64,000 bases of DNA from an uncultured delta proteobacterium (GCA_963790475.1 CAWBOS010000012.1:1376001-1440000); one strand, 5' to 3'; shown: positions 38,665 through 50,614, counted from the stretch's first letter. Numbers and translations: made by a program. Notes: generated by a model not told the origin, from the letters alone.

Positions 38665-40106
38665 CTGGTCTTCTCCTTTTCTGACCGTGGGTTTGTCTCG
38701 ACGTCTACCGCCGGCAAGGGCTCATCGAGGGGACGCTGAAGCGCGTCCTCCAGAATACGGCGCGCCAGCAGCACCTGAGAAAACACGTCAAAACGTGCGA
38801 GGGTGGCGGTCTGCGCTTCAAACATCGTGCTCGTGAGCGCCAGCCGGTCCGCCTCTCCGGCCTTAAACAGCGCTTCCGAGGACGCTTGTCGGGATTGCTG
38901 AATAGAGAGCAGGCGGTCCGCCGCCTTCAGCTTATCTATGACAGCGCGGTAGCTTGCGACGGCCTGCTCAATCGCACCGATAACACGGGCCTGGAGGGCA
39001 ATGAAACGGGCCGTCGCTTCTTTGCGGCCTGCCTCGGCCTCGGCAATAGGACCCTGATTTTGATTAAAGATAGGGATCGTCAGGGAAAAACCGACTGACC
39101 ACTTGTTATCCCCTTGGTCCCACTGGTAGCCGGGGCCGAGATGGAGGTCGGGGTACTGTTTGGCGATTTCCAGTTGGAGGGCTGCCTGAGCGGCTTCGTA
39201 GTCTGCCAGGGCGGCCAGGATGTCCGGCCGGGCGGTGAGCGCCTGTCGCCGCATGTCCGCTGCGGGAGGGGAAGGAGGTACCTCTTCGACAGAGGCGAAG
39301 GAGATGCCCGCCCCTTGGATTGCCGCTTGGGTCACGCCGAGCGCGGAGGCCAGACCGGCGAAGGCCTCGGCCTCCTGTCTCCCCGTCTCCCACAGGAGAA
39401 GGCGGGTTTGCTCAGCCGCGACGTGCGCCTGAGTGACGTCCGGGAGGGAGACTTCGCCTGAAGCCAGCCTCGCTTCCAGGAGCGTGACAATCTCCCTTTG
39501 AAGGGCTTCTTGCCGCTGCAACAGGGCCTGGTTATGTCTCGCCGTGTAAAGATCGAAGAACTTGGTCGCGAGTCGGCTCCGCACACCCCATGCGGCGACA
39601 GCGATATTCAGACGGGCGGCTTCAGAGATGGCCTGTGCCTTCGTTATGCGGTAACCGCGTTTACCGGCGGTTTCAATCGGTATATCGAGGTTGAAAGTCA
39701 GGGTCCAGGGTGAGATCCCGCTCGCCGAATTGGTGTTAAACTGCGGGGCAAATCCGAAAGAGGGGTTTGGCCGCTGCCCAGCCGTAATCCTCCCGGCTTC
39801 GGCAACACCCCACGCGGCCCGGGCCGCATCCAGATCAGGGTGGTAGTAAAAGGCCGCCAGGGTGAGGCGCCGAAAATCCCACGAATCGAGAGGCCATGGC
39901 ACCAATTCACGGCCGAGGTTTGCCTCCAAGAATTTTTTCAATCCGAGGCTATCAAGGGTGCGGGCCTCAAAGCCCGCCGCAGTCCGGGCGGATTCCAGCG
40001 GTTTTGCCTTATAGCTCGCACAGCCGAACAGCGCGGCTACGAGGGCGGCTACTACAAATATCGTTCTCAAGCTGCCCGGAAAGAATGCCTTGGATTGTCG
40101 ATCCAT
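38661..40106 (-). CDS. TolC-family outer membrane factor (lipoprotein)
   Basis: Lipobox LFGC; HPDL..ARA, RPNP, RPDI, YPDL..GP, IPIFNQNQG. Confidence 0.88.
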   Translation of the reverse strand: MDRQSKAFFPGSLRTIFVVAALVAALFGCASYKAKPLESARTAAGFEARTLDSLGLKKFLEANLGRELVPWPLDSWDFRRLTLAAFYYHPDLDAARAAWGVAEAGRITAGQRPNPSFGFAPQFNTNSASGISPWTLTFNLDIPIETAGKRGYRITKAQAISEAARLNIAVAAWGVRSRLATKFFDLYTARHNQALLQRQEALQREIVTLLEARLASGEVSLPDVTQAHVAAEQTRLLLWETGRQEAEAFAGLASALGVTQAAIQGAGISFASVEEVPPSPPAADMRRQALTARPDILAALADYEAAQAALQLEIAKQYPDLHLGPGYQWDQGDNKWSVGFSLTIPIFNQNQGPIAEAEAGRKEATARFIALQARVIGAIEQAVASYRAVIDKLKAADRLLSIQQSRQASSEALFKAGEADRLALTSTMFEAQTATLARFDVFSQVLLARRILEDALQRPLDEPLPAVDVETNPRSEKEKTR

Positions 40107-40169
40107 GACCTGGAATTGTAATAGTTTGCACTTTGAAAAACAATGATAAATGATAAATAAAGGGCAGCT

Positions 40170-41456
<1,287 letters not shown>

Positions 41457-41495
41457 TTAAGCTCCCGGTTTCTTGTGAATTGCATAAACGATCAC

Positions 41496-41729
41496 TCATG
41501 GTTTGCCTGAATTTTTTTTCCCCCTCAAGGCCTTCTTTGGGGTGGGGCCTTTTTCCCCCCTGTTTTTCATTTGAAGGTGTTCGTAAACCCTCTGGGCAAA
41601 TTCTTCAAATCTTTTCTCGCAGTCTTTTAATTTCTCAACCGCTACCTTGCGTAGGGGTACATCCAGGACATCCCTTTTGGCCACCTTTTTAAACCAAAGT
41701 TTAAGTTTTTCAAGTTCCTCCTCACCCAA
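41496..41729 (-). pseudogene. C-terminal remnant of a ChrB-like (chromate-resistance-associated) protein
   Basis: EEELEKLKLWFKKVAKRDVL...FEEFAQRVYE; no N-terminus or RBS. Confidence 0.5.
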
Positions 41730-41730
41730 A

Positions 41731-41877
41731 CTAGCCGAAGTAACCCGCTACCGCGGCTGTGAACACCCCGACACAGATTTCAATCAAGGCAATGGATATC
41801 CGCAGGTGGTAGGCAATGACGGCGGAGATGACAGCCAGCCCCAGCCATAGGGCGGCGATGGTAAAGATATGTTCCAT
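41731..41877 (-). pseudogene. N-terminal remnant (48 aa) of a cation:proton antiporter
   Basis: MEHIFTIAALWLGLAVISAVIAYHLRISIALIEICVGV, homologous to the start of 25250-26407; AAGGAGG RBS. Confidence 0.7.
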
Positions 41878-41923
41878 GATGGAATCCTCCTTTAAAAATA
41901 TTTCTCTGGTCTGAGCGCAGGTC

Positions 41924-41946
41924 AAAAAAAACCGCCTTGCGGCGGC
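41924..41946 (-). terminator. Leader terminator downstream of riboswitch 4
   Basis: Minus strand CCGCC-GCAA-GGCGG then T-tract. Confidence 0.7.
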
Positions 41947-41992
41947 TTCCTGGTTGCAGAATAACGACTCCATTACCGCCTGAACCTGCGCG

Positions 41993-42042
41993 GTAGGAGT
42001 CATCATCCCGGTCCGGGCGGTTGTGAGGGGGACTCCATCCCC
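41993..42042 (-). ncRNA. Fluoride (crcB-class) riboswitch 4
   Basis: Minus strand GGGGATGGAGTCCCCC-TCACAACCGCCC...GATGATGACTCCTAC. Confidence 0.9.
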
Positions 42043-42114
42043 GAAACTTCGAGGTAATTTAGCAAAGAGGTTGGAAAAAAGCAATACCTCAAGCATGGCG
42101 CTTTAATTTTAACG

Positions 42115-42456
42115 TCATGATTTAAAAATGAAATAGACCGCCCCCAGCAGGCACAGGCCGGCCCAGAGAAAATTGAGCCGCAGAGGTTGTTCCATATAAA
42201 GGATGGAAAAAGGGACAAAGACCGAAAGGGTGATCAGTTCCTGGAGTATTTTGAGTTGCCCGAGGTTCATGGCCGTGTAACCGATGCGGTTGGCCGGGAC
42301 CTGGATCAGGTATTCGAGGAGAGCTATCCCCCAACTGGCCAATGCGGCCAGATACCATGGCTTTCCGCTCAGATTCTTGAGGTGAGCATACCAGGCAAAG
42401 GTCATAAACACGTTGGATAGGGTCAACAACAGGGCACTTTTAATGATGATGGTCAT
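42115..42456 (-). CDS. DMT-family small membrane protein (DUF486)
   Basis: SNVFMTFAWYAHL, SWGIA..EY..QVPANRIG, QLKILQE. Confidence 0.85.
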   Translation of the reverse strand: MTIIIKSALLLTLSNVFMTFAWYAHLKNLSGKPWYLAALASWGIALLEYLIQVPANRIGYTAMNLGQLKILQELITLSVFVPFSILYMEQPLRLNFLWAGLCLLGAVYFIFKS

Positions 42457-42650
42457 GGGAATAACTCAATATTAACAATTTGTTGCGGGTAACAAATTAC
42501 GGGTCGCAAGTCGGGAAATTAATAACTTTTGAAATGTAATTATAAGTCGCAACTCGAAACACTCAATATGAAACTCAGCTTTGAATTTTCAACGGCTTGA
42601 GATATAAAGAGGAAGATAAAGGAAGTCAAGAAAAAAGATCAGATATCGGG

Positions 42651-43358
42651 TCAGATGGATAGAAAAGGACTGGCAATGAAATAAAGGCCCAAAAAACCGA
42701 TAAGCACCCCGGCCCCGCGGCGGAACCATTGACCTCCGGTCTGCCAGGATTGGTTTTCGATCAACTTGCGGACCCCGACCGTGAAAGTGCTGGCAATGTA
42801 AATGGGCAGACATTGGCCCAGAGCGAAAAACAGGATCAGGATGATCCCGTGGAGCACCATTTTTTGAATAGTGATAACGGCCAAAATAGGGGCAAAAAAT
42901 CCGAAGGTGCAGGACCCGGAGAGGACCCCGTAAGCCAGACCGAGAACAAAGGCCCCCTTTACCCCCTTTAGATTGAGGCGGGACAAGAAATTTCCTCGCA
43001 GGGAACATTTTTCAACTCCGAGCATACCCAGGGCCAGCCAGATCAGGATCAATCCGACCGGGACCTTCCAGTAATTCCCGACATCCCCCAGCATCCGGCC
43101 CAGGAGGGCACAGATGACCCCGATCACGGCAATGGTGATAAAAAGGCCGAAGATAAAAGCCAGGGAATAAAAACCGGCCTGCCGGGTCTTGACCAACTTC
43201 TCCTGTCCACCCACATAAGCGATAATAATCGGGATGGAGGCCATATTACAAGGGCTGAAGACCATGCTGATCATACCCCAGAAAAAGGCCCCCACGGCGG
43301 CAATTGCGGTTCCCCCGATAAGCCAGTTATTGACAGTCAGAACAATTTGTTCCAGCAT
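42651..43358 (-). CDS. CcdA/DsbD-like transmembrane electron carrier
   Basis: FSPC and GSCT Cys pair, six TM segments. Confidence 0.85.
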   Translation of the reverse strand: MLEQIVLTVNNWLIGGTAIAAVGAFFWGMISMVFSPCNMASIPIIIAYVGGQEKLVKTRQAGFYSLAFIFGLFITIAVIGVICALLGRMLGDVGNYWKVPVGLILIWLALGMLGVEKCSLRGNFLSRLNLKGVKGAFVLGLAYGVLSGSCTFGFFAPILAVITIQKMVLHGIILILFFALGQCLPIYIASTFTVGVRKLIENQSWQTGGQWFRRGAGVLIGFLGLYFIASPFLSI

Positions 43359-43362
43359 TGGT

Positions 43363-43746
43363 TCAGTCTACTCCCATCTTTTTAAATTGGGCAATAATTT
43401 CTTTTTCACTCAAGTACCCTTCATGTCGATACACTTCCTTGCCCTTTTTATCATAAAAGATTTGTGTCGGTATAACCCGGATACCGAAATGTTTGGCCTG
43501 ATCCGGGAATTTCTCGATATTAACATAAACCACGGCGGCCTTGCCCTTATAGTCTTTCTCCAGCTTGGTCATGATCGGGGTCATCATTTTACAGGGCAGG
43601 CAGTAATCGGACCCCAGGTCTACTAGATTGACCAGACCTATGACCGGGACCTCTTGAGGGCCCGCAGCCAGAACAAATCCCGTCCAGGAAAGAATAAGCG
43701 CTGCCCCAAGCAGACCGAATCCTTTTTGAATATTCTTGATAGTCAT
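43363..43746 (-). CDS. Exported thioredoxin-family protein
   Basis: Signal peptide, CLPC, IPTQIF, RHEG. Confidence 0.88.
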   Translation of the reverse strand: MTIKNIQKGFGLLGAALILSWTGFVLAAGPQEVPVIGLVNLVDLGSDYCLPCKMMTPIMTKLEKDYKGKAAVVYVNIEKFPDQAKHFGIRVIPTQIFYDKKGKEVYRHEGYLSEKEIIAQFKKMGVD

Positions 43747-43769
43747 TTCTTTTCTTTCTTATCGCTTTG

Positions 43770-44705
43770 TTAAAGTAATTTCATTTGGGTCAGTCTTCTT
43801 TCTATCATCTCAAGAGGGAAAAACCCGGTATGTCTGAAAACCTCCAAGCCATCCTTGTCAAAAAAGACCTGGACCGGGATGACCTGGATCCCGAAACGAG
43901 TCGCCAAAATCTGCTCCTGCCCCACATGAATGAAAAGCACATTCAATTTTCCCGTGAATTTCTTTTTCATATCGGCCAGGATCGGGGTCATCATATCGCA
44001 GGGGGGACAACCGGGGGCCCCAAATTCAACCATAGTCGGTTTACCGGACAACCGGACTCGATCCACTGGGTTATTCAGGGCCGGGCCGCTATGTTTTTTG
44101 GCCCACTCTTCATTCATCCGGATGGGTGTTCGTTTTCCAAGAGTCAGGAAGTATTGTCGAACGGCTTCTTCTCTCTTTTGCTGGGTTAGATGCTCCCTCA
44201 ACGTCCCGCGAATCTGTTCCAGAGGAGCATTTTCCAACATTTCTTTGTTATGGGTGTAAAAATTATCTATCTCTTCCTCAGAGACGGGTTCGATCTTTAC
44301 TTTTTCAGTAAGAAGGCCCATGATCGCTCGATCTTCATCGCCCTTTTTATAACCGGCCTTTGAGGCTTCCTGAAGAAGCATCCGTTTGGTGGCTATGTTC
44401 TCAAGTAAAAAAAAGGCATTTTGGGCTAATTGCTTGCGGACAGACGGTTCGGATAGTCTGATCAGCCGGGTCATTTCCGATTCTTTGATAGTTAGATTGC
44501 CGGCGATCAACAAGGTCCCCTTAGGGAGTTTGACCAAAGTGGCTGATTTAAGGACGCCGGAAGCCAGGCCGGGATAGAGGTCTTCTACAGTCTTCTCGGG
44601 TTGACCCTGAACTGAAGAAAAGACAGGATTCAGGAAAGGGATCGAAAAAATGAATAAGAACAGCAGGAGACCGGGAACATGATTAATTTTCAAGTTAATC
44701 CTCAT
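43770..44705 (-). CDS. Exported SurA-like helical domain + thioredoxin fusion
   Basis: Signal peptide, VSEEEI..FY..N, C-terminal CPPC and IPVQVFF. Confidence 0.75.
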   Translation of the reverse strand: MRINLKINHVPGLLLFLFIFSIPFLNPVFSSVQGQPEKTVEDLYPGLASGVLKSATLVKLPKGTLLIAGNLTIKESEMTRLIRLSEPSVRKQLAQNAFFLLENIATKRMLLQEASKAGYKKGDEDRAIMGLLTEKVKIEPVSEEEIDNFYTHNKEMLENAPLEQIRGTLREHLTQQKREEAVRQYFLTLGKRTPIRMNEEWAKKHSGPALNNPVDRVRLSGKPTMVEFGAPGCPPCDMMTPILADMKKKFTGKLNVLFIHVGQEQILATRFGIQVIPVQVFFDKDGLEVFRHTGFFPLEMIERRLTQMKLL

Positions 44706-44804
44706 TTATTAATTCTTTCCAGAGATCGACCCGCAGCAGGATCGGCCAATCAGTTTATCTTCAAAGGGCAGGATAACTCCCTGTACCCGAACCGGAGTCC
44801 ATGG

Positions 44805-45041
44805 TCAGGAGGCTGCACTTTCTTTTAGTATTTCCTCTTTTTTGGGGATCTTCCCCATCGATTTGATTTGACCGTTCATCACGACAGCCGAAGTGCTTAT
44901 GAACCCAAAGGCCATGATTTTCATAAGGTTGGTAATTTTTTCTACTTCGGCCACTACCCCTGCTTCAGCCACGGCTTCTTTAACGATCTTTTCGGTTTGC
45001 TGACATTTGGGACATCCGGGCCCGAGAACTTTAATTTCCAT
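44805..45041 (-). CDS. Small redox-active disulfide protein (thioredoxin family)
   Basis: MEIKVLGPGCPKC. Confidence 0.88.
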   Translation of the reverse strand: MEIKVLGPGCPKCQQTEKIVKEAVAEAGVVAEVEKITNLMKIMAFGFISTSAVVMNGQIKSMGKIPKKEEILKESAAS

Positions 45042-45054
45042 AGTAAAACTTCCT

Positions 45055-46002
45055 CTAACTACAAGTATTCCCTACTATCGTATTGGGGTTGTTTTGACAC
45101 AGGTTGCATAGTAAATCCTTTGGTCCGCAGGCCCTGCTCTCAAATTGCAAAATGGGATGGTCGATGTTGAATTTGGAAAGGAGCAGCGCCCTTACCTTTT
45201 TGGCCAGATCTTCAACCTGTCCCAGCATCTGATCCGGCACGATCACATGAGCGGCCAGGGCTATGGTGCCGGAAGAAGGATTCCAGACATGGAGGTGATG
45301 CAGACCTTCGATACCTTTCAAGGCTTCGACCTCACGTTGAATATCCTCTAGATCAATTCCGGGTGGGACGGCGTTCATTAAGATGAGTAAGGATTCTTTC
45401 AAAATACCCCAGCCGCTGTAAAGGATCAGGACTACGATAACCCAGGAGACGATGGGGTCCAGCCAATACCAGGGACGAAACAACCAAAAGAGCCCCAGCA
45501 AGGCTACCCCTAAAGAAGTAAGGGTATCGGTCAGCATATGGAGAAAGGCCCCGCGCATGTTGAGGTTTTGTCTGGCTCCGGCCTGAAGCATCCAGGTAGA
45601 AATCCCATTGGCGATCATCCCCAGAAGGGCAGCCCAGATGACCAGATTCCCCTTAATGACAGAAGGATTTTTCAAACGAACCCAGCCTTCGACGGCAATA
45701 TAAAGACCCGCCCCAAAGAGGAGGGACACATTGAAGACGGCGGCCATGACCTCCACTCGCCGGTAGCCAAAGCTCAGGGAAGTTGTAGGTCCTCGCTTCC
45801 CGATTTTCAAAGCCAGATAACTGATCAGGACGGAGGCGAAATCGCTTAGATTATGAAGGGCATCGCTGATCAAGGCCATACTGCCGGCCATGATCCCGGC
45901 TATGATCTGAACCGCCGGGATAACCAGGTTCATCATCATGGTGATGAACAAACGCTTACCCCAGGAGGTCTCCTGATTATGATTAGGATGAAGCGATTCC
46001 AT
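45055..46002 (-). CDS. CDF-family (CzcD-like) metal exporter
   Basis: DALHNLSD, FGYRR.E, FLHMLTD, HHLHVW, H..LQFE. Confidence 0.9.
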   Translation of the reverse strand: MESLHPNHNQETSWGKRLFITMMMNLVIPAVQIIAGIMAGSMALISDALHNLSDFASVLISYLALKIGKRGPTTSLSFGYRRVEVMAAVFNVSLLFGAGLYIAVEGWVRLKNPSVIKGNLVIWAALLGMIANGISTWMLQAGARQNLNMRGAFLHMLTDTLTSLGVALLGLFWLFRPWYWLDPIVSWVIVVLILYSGWGILKESLLILMNAVPPGIDLEDIQREVEALKGIEGLHHLHVWNPSSGTIALAAHVIVPDQMLGQVEDLAKKVRALLLSKFNIDHPILQFESRACGPKDLLCNLCQNNPNTIVGNTCS

Positions 46003-46035
46003 GATACACTTATTAACACTATCGATTTTAAAAAC

Positions 46036-46371
46036 TTATAGTCGGGTCATCAAACGATGCTGCTCACTGGCCTGGGCCTTCAAGAGTTTGGAAACCCCGC
46101 TCAACAGGTTCAGAATCTCGGGCGTTCTTAGCCGGTAAAGGATGCGCAGGCCATCCTTCCGTGATTCTAAAATACCGGCCTGTTTCAAGATCGAAAGATG
46201 TTTGGAAACGTTGGCCTGTTCTTGATGAATGGCCGGGAATATTTCACAGACACAACGCTCGCCCTCTCTAAGTAATTCCAGAATTTGCAGCCGGGTAGGC
46301 TGCCCCAGGGCCTTAAGAATGGATGCCTGGCCTTCCAGTATTTTTTGGTTCATTTTTCCTGATTTTTCCAT
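46036..46371 (-). CDS. ArsR/SmtB-family repressor
   Basis: KALGQPTRLQIL, ERCVCEI, NVSKHLSILK. Confidence 0.9.
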   Translation of the reverse strand: MEKSGKMNQKILEGQASILKALGQPTRLQILELLREGERCVCEIFPAIHQEQANVSKHLSILKQAGILESRKDGLRILYRLRTPEILNLLSGVSKLLKAQASEQHRLMTRL

Positions 46372-46373
46372 AA

Positions 46374-46994
46374 CTACCCTACTTTAATGGTAAGGTTTTT
46401 CTGAGATAGTGTCAAGTCATTATTTATAGAAGGGCATTGAAGATAAAACCCACCCAGGAGGATTCCCGTGGCGACTACCCCGACGAAAACAGCAACCAAC
46501 CGGGGTTTCAAAACCTTCCTTAAGATGATCGGTTCCGGTAAGGACAGACCGATGACCGCCATCATAAAAGCCAGGACCGTTCCCAGGGCCGCCCCCTTTT
46601 CCAGAAGGGCTTGGACGATGGGGATGATTCCTGCGGCATTAGAATACATGGGGACACCGAGGATTACGGCCAGAGGGATAGACCACCAGGCCTCCCGACC
46701 CATGAAAGAGGCCATAAAACCCACCGGTACATAGCCGTGAATGGCCGCCCCTACGGCAATACCGGCTGCCACATATAGCCAGACCTTACCGACGATGTCT
46801 TTGACGGCCTGCCAGGCATAGTCGATCCGGCCGGAACAGGTCATTAGGAATATTGGTGGCTGGAAGAGGTTCCAGAATCCGACCATCTGGGGAAAAAAAT
46901 AACCAGACCCTATTCCCACCAGCATGGCCAAAAAGATCCACAGGGTCAGAAAACGGTCCAGAAAAGAAAGTTTTTTAGGGGTGGGGTCGGCCAT
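46374..46994 (-). pseudogene. In-frame chimera: Acr3 arsenite exporter N-terminus + ArsP/DUF318 permease C-terminus
   Basis: [17 protein letters not shown] (Acr3), then [29 protein letters not shown] (DUF318). Confidence 0.75.
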
Positions 46995-47125
46995 TGGATC
47001 GGCCTCTTTTTAAAACTTTCTGGCCCCGGGTGCAAGGAGCTTAAGTTTTATATTACTACATACTAATATAGTTAAATTAGGACCGTGTCAAGAAGAAAAA
47101 GGGGTTACTGGTAGGGGATTCCTTA

Positions 47126-47295
47126 CAATGCCTCTCTTCCCGAGGATCACTACCCGTCTTCACTGGAGTTTTGCCGATCCTCCCACCTTTACCGGTACCT
47201 GGGAGGAAAAGCTGGAAAAGACCCGACAGGTCCGGGAGGCTATAAAAGAGAAAATCGCATCTTGGCTGAAGGAATTGAATAGTTCAAAGCCTTAG
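47126..47295 (+). pseudogene. C-terminal remnant of a thioredoxin-coupled arsenate reductase (ArsC/LMW-PTP fold)
   Basis: Hand translation ...RLHWSFADPPTFTGTWEEKLEKTRQVREAIKEKI. Confidence 0.7.
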
Positions 47296-47346
47296 GGAAA
47301 TTCCGCCCGACTCTCTGAACAAAAACTTTCGGTTTGTCAGAGAACA

Positions 47347-48223
47347 TCAGTCGCACTTCTGGTTTTCTTGGCAGAGACCCTCATCATTCGGAGGATTGAA
47401 TATGGGATTGATTTCGCCCGGGGGTGAAAGAGGCGACCCCGATCCGGAATTTCCGGATCTTGAACTTGGACCCTTTTTTGAAGTAGAAGTGTTTGGAACT
47501 GAAGGGATCGGCTTCTCTGATGATTGGCAGAGGGCAAGATAGCGGCGAATGGCCTCCTTGCCGGTCAGGATGACTTTTTCGTACCGTCCGTTCACCAAAA
47601 GGGTAGGCACACTGTTGATACCCAGGCTTTTGAGGGCTGGCGTATAATCCTTGACGAGCACCGGAGTGATTTCGAGCTTGTTTTTGTTGATCTCTTCCTT
47701 GATCTCCGAGCAATACCGGCATTCCTCACTATAGAAAAGTATCATTTTTTTGTCGGACGGAATGGTCGTAACTCGCGGTGGCAGGACGAGCCCGACAAAA
47801 CTAAGGACCAGGGCGAATGCGGCGAAGCCGGCCGCCGTCTCTTTCCAACCCGCCATCCACCGCAGGAGGCCGAGAATAAGAAAAAGACCGAACACGCTTA
47901 AACAGAATGGGCACATTTCCGGCAGCCAGAATATCTGGTAGCCGACAAAAAATCCCTCGGTGGCCAGGGCGGCGATGAGGGCGAGGTTGATTGCCGAGTC
48001 GAGCAGCCTGCTTTGGCGCCGCAGGTTCAAACCGGACAATAGAGCCAGGAGGCCGAGGGCAATAAATCCGATAAGGACCGTCGAGAGATCGCCGAAGCGT
48101 GCCATCTGGGCCACCGAGACCGCAACCTTCGGAGACGCAAACGCTCCTGCCGAAAAGCTGAAGCCCTGCTTCCACCAGCAGATACAGGGAGCCCAGGACG
48201 GTGACGATAAAAAAATATTTCAT
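47347..48223 (-). CDS. VKOR-like membrane domain + glutaredoxin/thioredoxin domain; +1 frameshift near 48115
   Basis: Loop Cys pair CVSEGC, TM CPFC, soluble CRYC and VPTL; frames join as GCGL-VAQMARFG. Confidence 0.6.
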
Positions 48224-48495
48224 ATGTCCATGCCTTCCGTTCATTCCATTCTCCTTAGTCGAATGATATAAATTTTATGATCCTAACTGATTAATGTCAA
48301 ATCTAAATTTTGAATCCCGTTCCACCTCAGGTCCTGAAGGAGCTATTTGGGAGTTTACAGACGCCCTTTTTTTTAGTAATAGGATACAGCCTATCTAAAT
48401 TGCGGATTGCGGATTACTGAATTTGAAATGAGGCCTTTGGAAATCTGAGGGATTTTGGAAAATGAGTAAGCATGAGATTGTGAACTGAATAGCCT

Positions 48496-50613
48496 ATGGG
48501 GAAAATCGATTATCAAAACAATCTGAACCAGGCCCAACTGGAGGCGGTTTTTTCTCCCGATGGCCCGACCTTGATCATCGCCGGAGCCGGAAGCGGGAAG
48601 ACCCGGACTCTGGTTTATCGGGTGGCCTGGCTGGTGGAAAACGGTATTCCTCCGGGAAGGATACTTCTGTTGACTTTTACCCGCAAGGCCTCCCAGGAGA
48701 TGCTTCATCGGGTAGAAGAAATGCTTAACCGATCCTGCCGGGAGGTGGCCGGAGGGACCTTTCATGCCCTGGCCTATAAAATCTTAAGGACTTATGGGTC
48801 GGCTATCGGTCTTAAAAGACCATTGACGGTAATGGATCGCAAAGACAGTGAAGATCTGGTTGGAAAAATCATCAAGGCCAAACGCTGGGATAAAGAGAAG
48901 GATAACCCGGACAAAAAGGAATTCCTGGAACTGCTTAGCCGGTTTGTCAACAAGGGGTTGACCTTCGAAGAGGGGTTATCCAAATCCTTTTTTGAGAACG
49001 GCATTTCTCTGTCCAAGCTCAAAGAGGTGAACCGGGACTATGAAGCATTAAAAAGACAACACGGACTATTGGATTATGATGACCTGTTGAGTCATTGTCT
49101 GCATCTTTTCCGGCAGGAAACCGGGATAGTTCAGAAATTATCCTCTTTTTATCAATATGTCCTGGTGGATGAATATCAGGATACCAACCTGCTTCAGGCC
49201 GAGATGGTCCGTTACCTGGCCCGGGGTAACATCATGGTGGTGGGTGATGATTCCCAATCGATCTATGGGTTTCGCGGGGCGCACTTTAAGAATATTCTGG
49301 ACTTCCCGCATCAGTTTCCCGGGACCCGGGTGATCAAAATGGAAGAGAATTTTCGAAGCTCTCAACCGATTCTGAATTTGGCCAACCGCATGATCAGTTA
49401 TTCCAAGGAACGGTACAGCAAATGCCTATTTTCCCGTTTCAAAAAAGGGGAGCCTCCCTGCTGTATCGAGCTGCCTTACGAAGAATCCCAGTCTCAATAT
49501 GTGACCCGGCAGCTTCAGGAATTTCATGGCCAGGGGATCCCCTGGGAGGAAATGGCCGTTCTTTTCCGGGCCGGCCATCATTCGTTTAATCTGGAGGTTT
49601 TTCTACAAAAAGAGGGCATTCCCTTTAAAAAATACGGGGGCCGTCGTTTTGTCGAAGGGGCTCATATTAAGGATTTTCTGTCCTACTTAAAGGTGATCCA
49701 TAACCCCCTGGATGTCCTGGCCTGGGAAAGGATCCTAAAACTCCTGGAAGGGTTTGGCTCCAAAAGGGCCCAGGATATAATTGGGCAAATGACGGTCTGT
49801 TCGGACTGGACCTCCAGACTGGAATGCCTCACCGGGTATCCCCGCTTGAAATTCCAACTGGATGAATTTTCCGGCCTGTTCCAAAGGCTGATCGATCAAC
49901 CTCAGCTGACGCCCACACAAGCCCTGGAGACGATCTGGGAGTATTATAAAAACCTTCTGCCCGGTTTATATGAAGAGCCTCAGCGAAGGCAAAAAGAGAT
50001 CGAAGAAATCATTCGAGTCAGCTATAATTACACTGAGACGGAAACCTTGTTGGGGGATTTGAGCCTGGAGGTTTATGAAGAGCCGGACGGCCACGAGAAA
50101 GACCAGTTGACCCTTTCTACGGTCCATTCGGCCAAAGGATTGGAATGGAAGGTTGTCTTTATCATCTGGCTGACCGAGGGCCGATTTCCTTCCTCCCAAT
50201 CGATGATGAACCCGGAGGAAATGGAAGAGGAAAGACGGCTGCTCTATGTGGCCATCACCCGGGCCAAGGAGAGGCTTTTTTTGACTTACCCGGAGTCCCT
50301 TTCCAACAGAGGCGGAGGCTGGCAAAAGAATGACCTGTGTCATTTTATCGCTGATATTCCTGAGGGCCTGCTGTCGAGAAGGGGGGGGCAGGTTCCTAAT
50401 CATTCGCCGCAGATTTCTTCGCCCTATGTCAGTCCCATTCCTAAAGAAGACGATGACGGTTTTTCAAAAGGGACCAAGGTCTTTCATCCCCTCTTCGGCA
50501 ATGGGGTGATCCAAGAACCCCCAAAGGAGAGAAAGGTTAGAGTTCTTTTTAAACGTTATGGGTCCAAGGTCTTGCACTTGGATTATGCCCGTTTGGAAAA
50601 GGGAGATACTTGA
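48496..50613 (+). CDS. UvrD/PcrA-family ATP-dependent DNA helicase
   Basis: AGAGSGKT, TFTRKA, DEYQD, GDDSQSIY.FRGA, ENFRS, TVHSAKGLEW, EERRLLYVAITRA. Confidence 0.93.
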   Translation: MGKIDYQNNLNQAQLEAVFSPDGPTLIIAGAGSGKTRTLVYRVAWLVENGIPPGRILLLTFTRKASQEMLHRVEEMLNRSCREVAGGTFHALAYKILRTYGSAIGLKRPLTVMDRKDSEDLVGKIIKAKRWDKEKDNPDKKEFLELLSRFVNKGLTFEEGLSKSFFENGISLSKLKEVNRDYEALKRQHGLLDYDDLLSHCLHLFRQETGIVQKLSSFYQYVLVDEYQDTNLLQAEMVRYLARGNIMVVGDDSQSIYGFRGAHFKNILDFPHQFPGTRVIKMEENFRSSQPILNLANRMISYSKERYSKCLFSRFKKGEPPCCIELPYEESQSQYVTRQLQEFHGQGIPWEEMAVLFRAGHHSFNLEVFLQKEGIPFKKYGGRRFVEGAHIKDFLSYLKVIHNPLDVLAWERILKLLEGFGSKRAQDIIGQMTVCSDWTSRLECLTGYPRLKFQLDEFSGLFQRLIDQPQLTPTQALETIWEYYKNLLPGLYEEPQRRQKEIEEIIRVSYNYTETETLLGDLSLEVYEEPDGHEKDQLTLSTVHSAKGLEWKVVFIIWLTEGRFPSSQSMMNPEEMEEERRLLYVAITRAKERLFLTYPESLSNRGGGWQKNDLCHFIADIPEGLLSRRGGQVPNHSPQISSPYVSPIPKEDDDGFSKGTKVFHPLFGNGVIQEPPKERKVRVLFKRYGSKVLHLDYARLEKGDT

Positions 50614-50614
50614 C

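Noticed and set aside
41878-42096. N-terminal extension of ORF 41731-42096
   Set aside because: It reads through the riboswitch and terminator; the real start is the ATG at 41877 with an AAGGAGG RBS.
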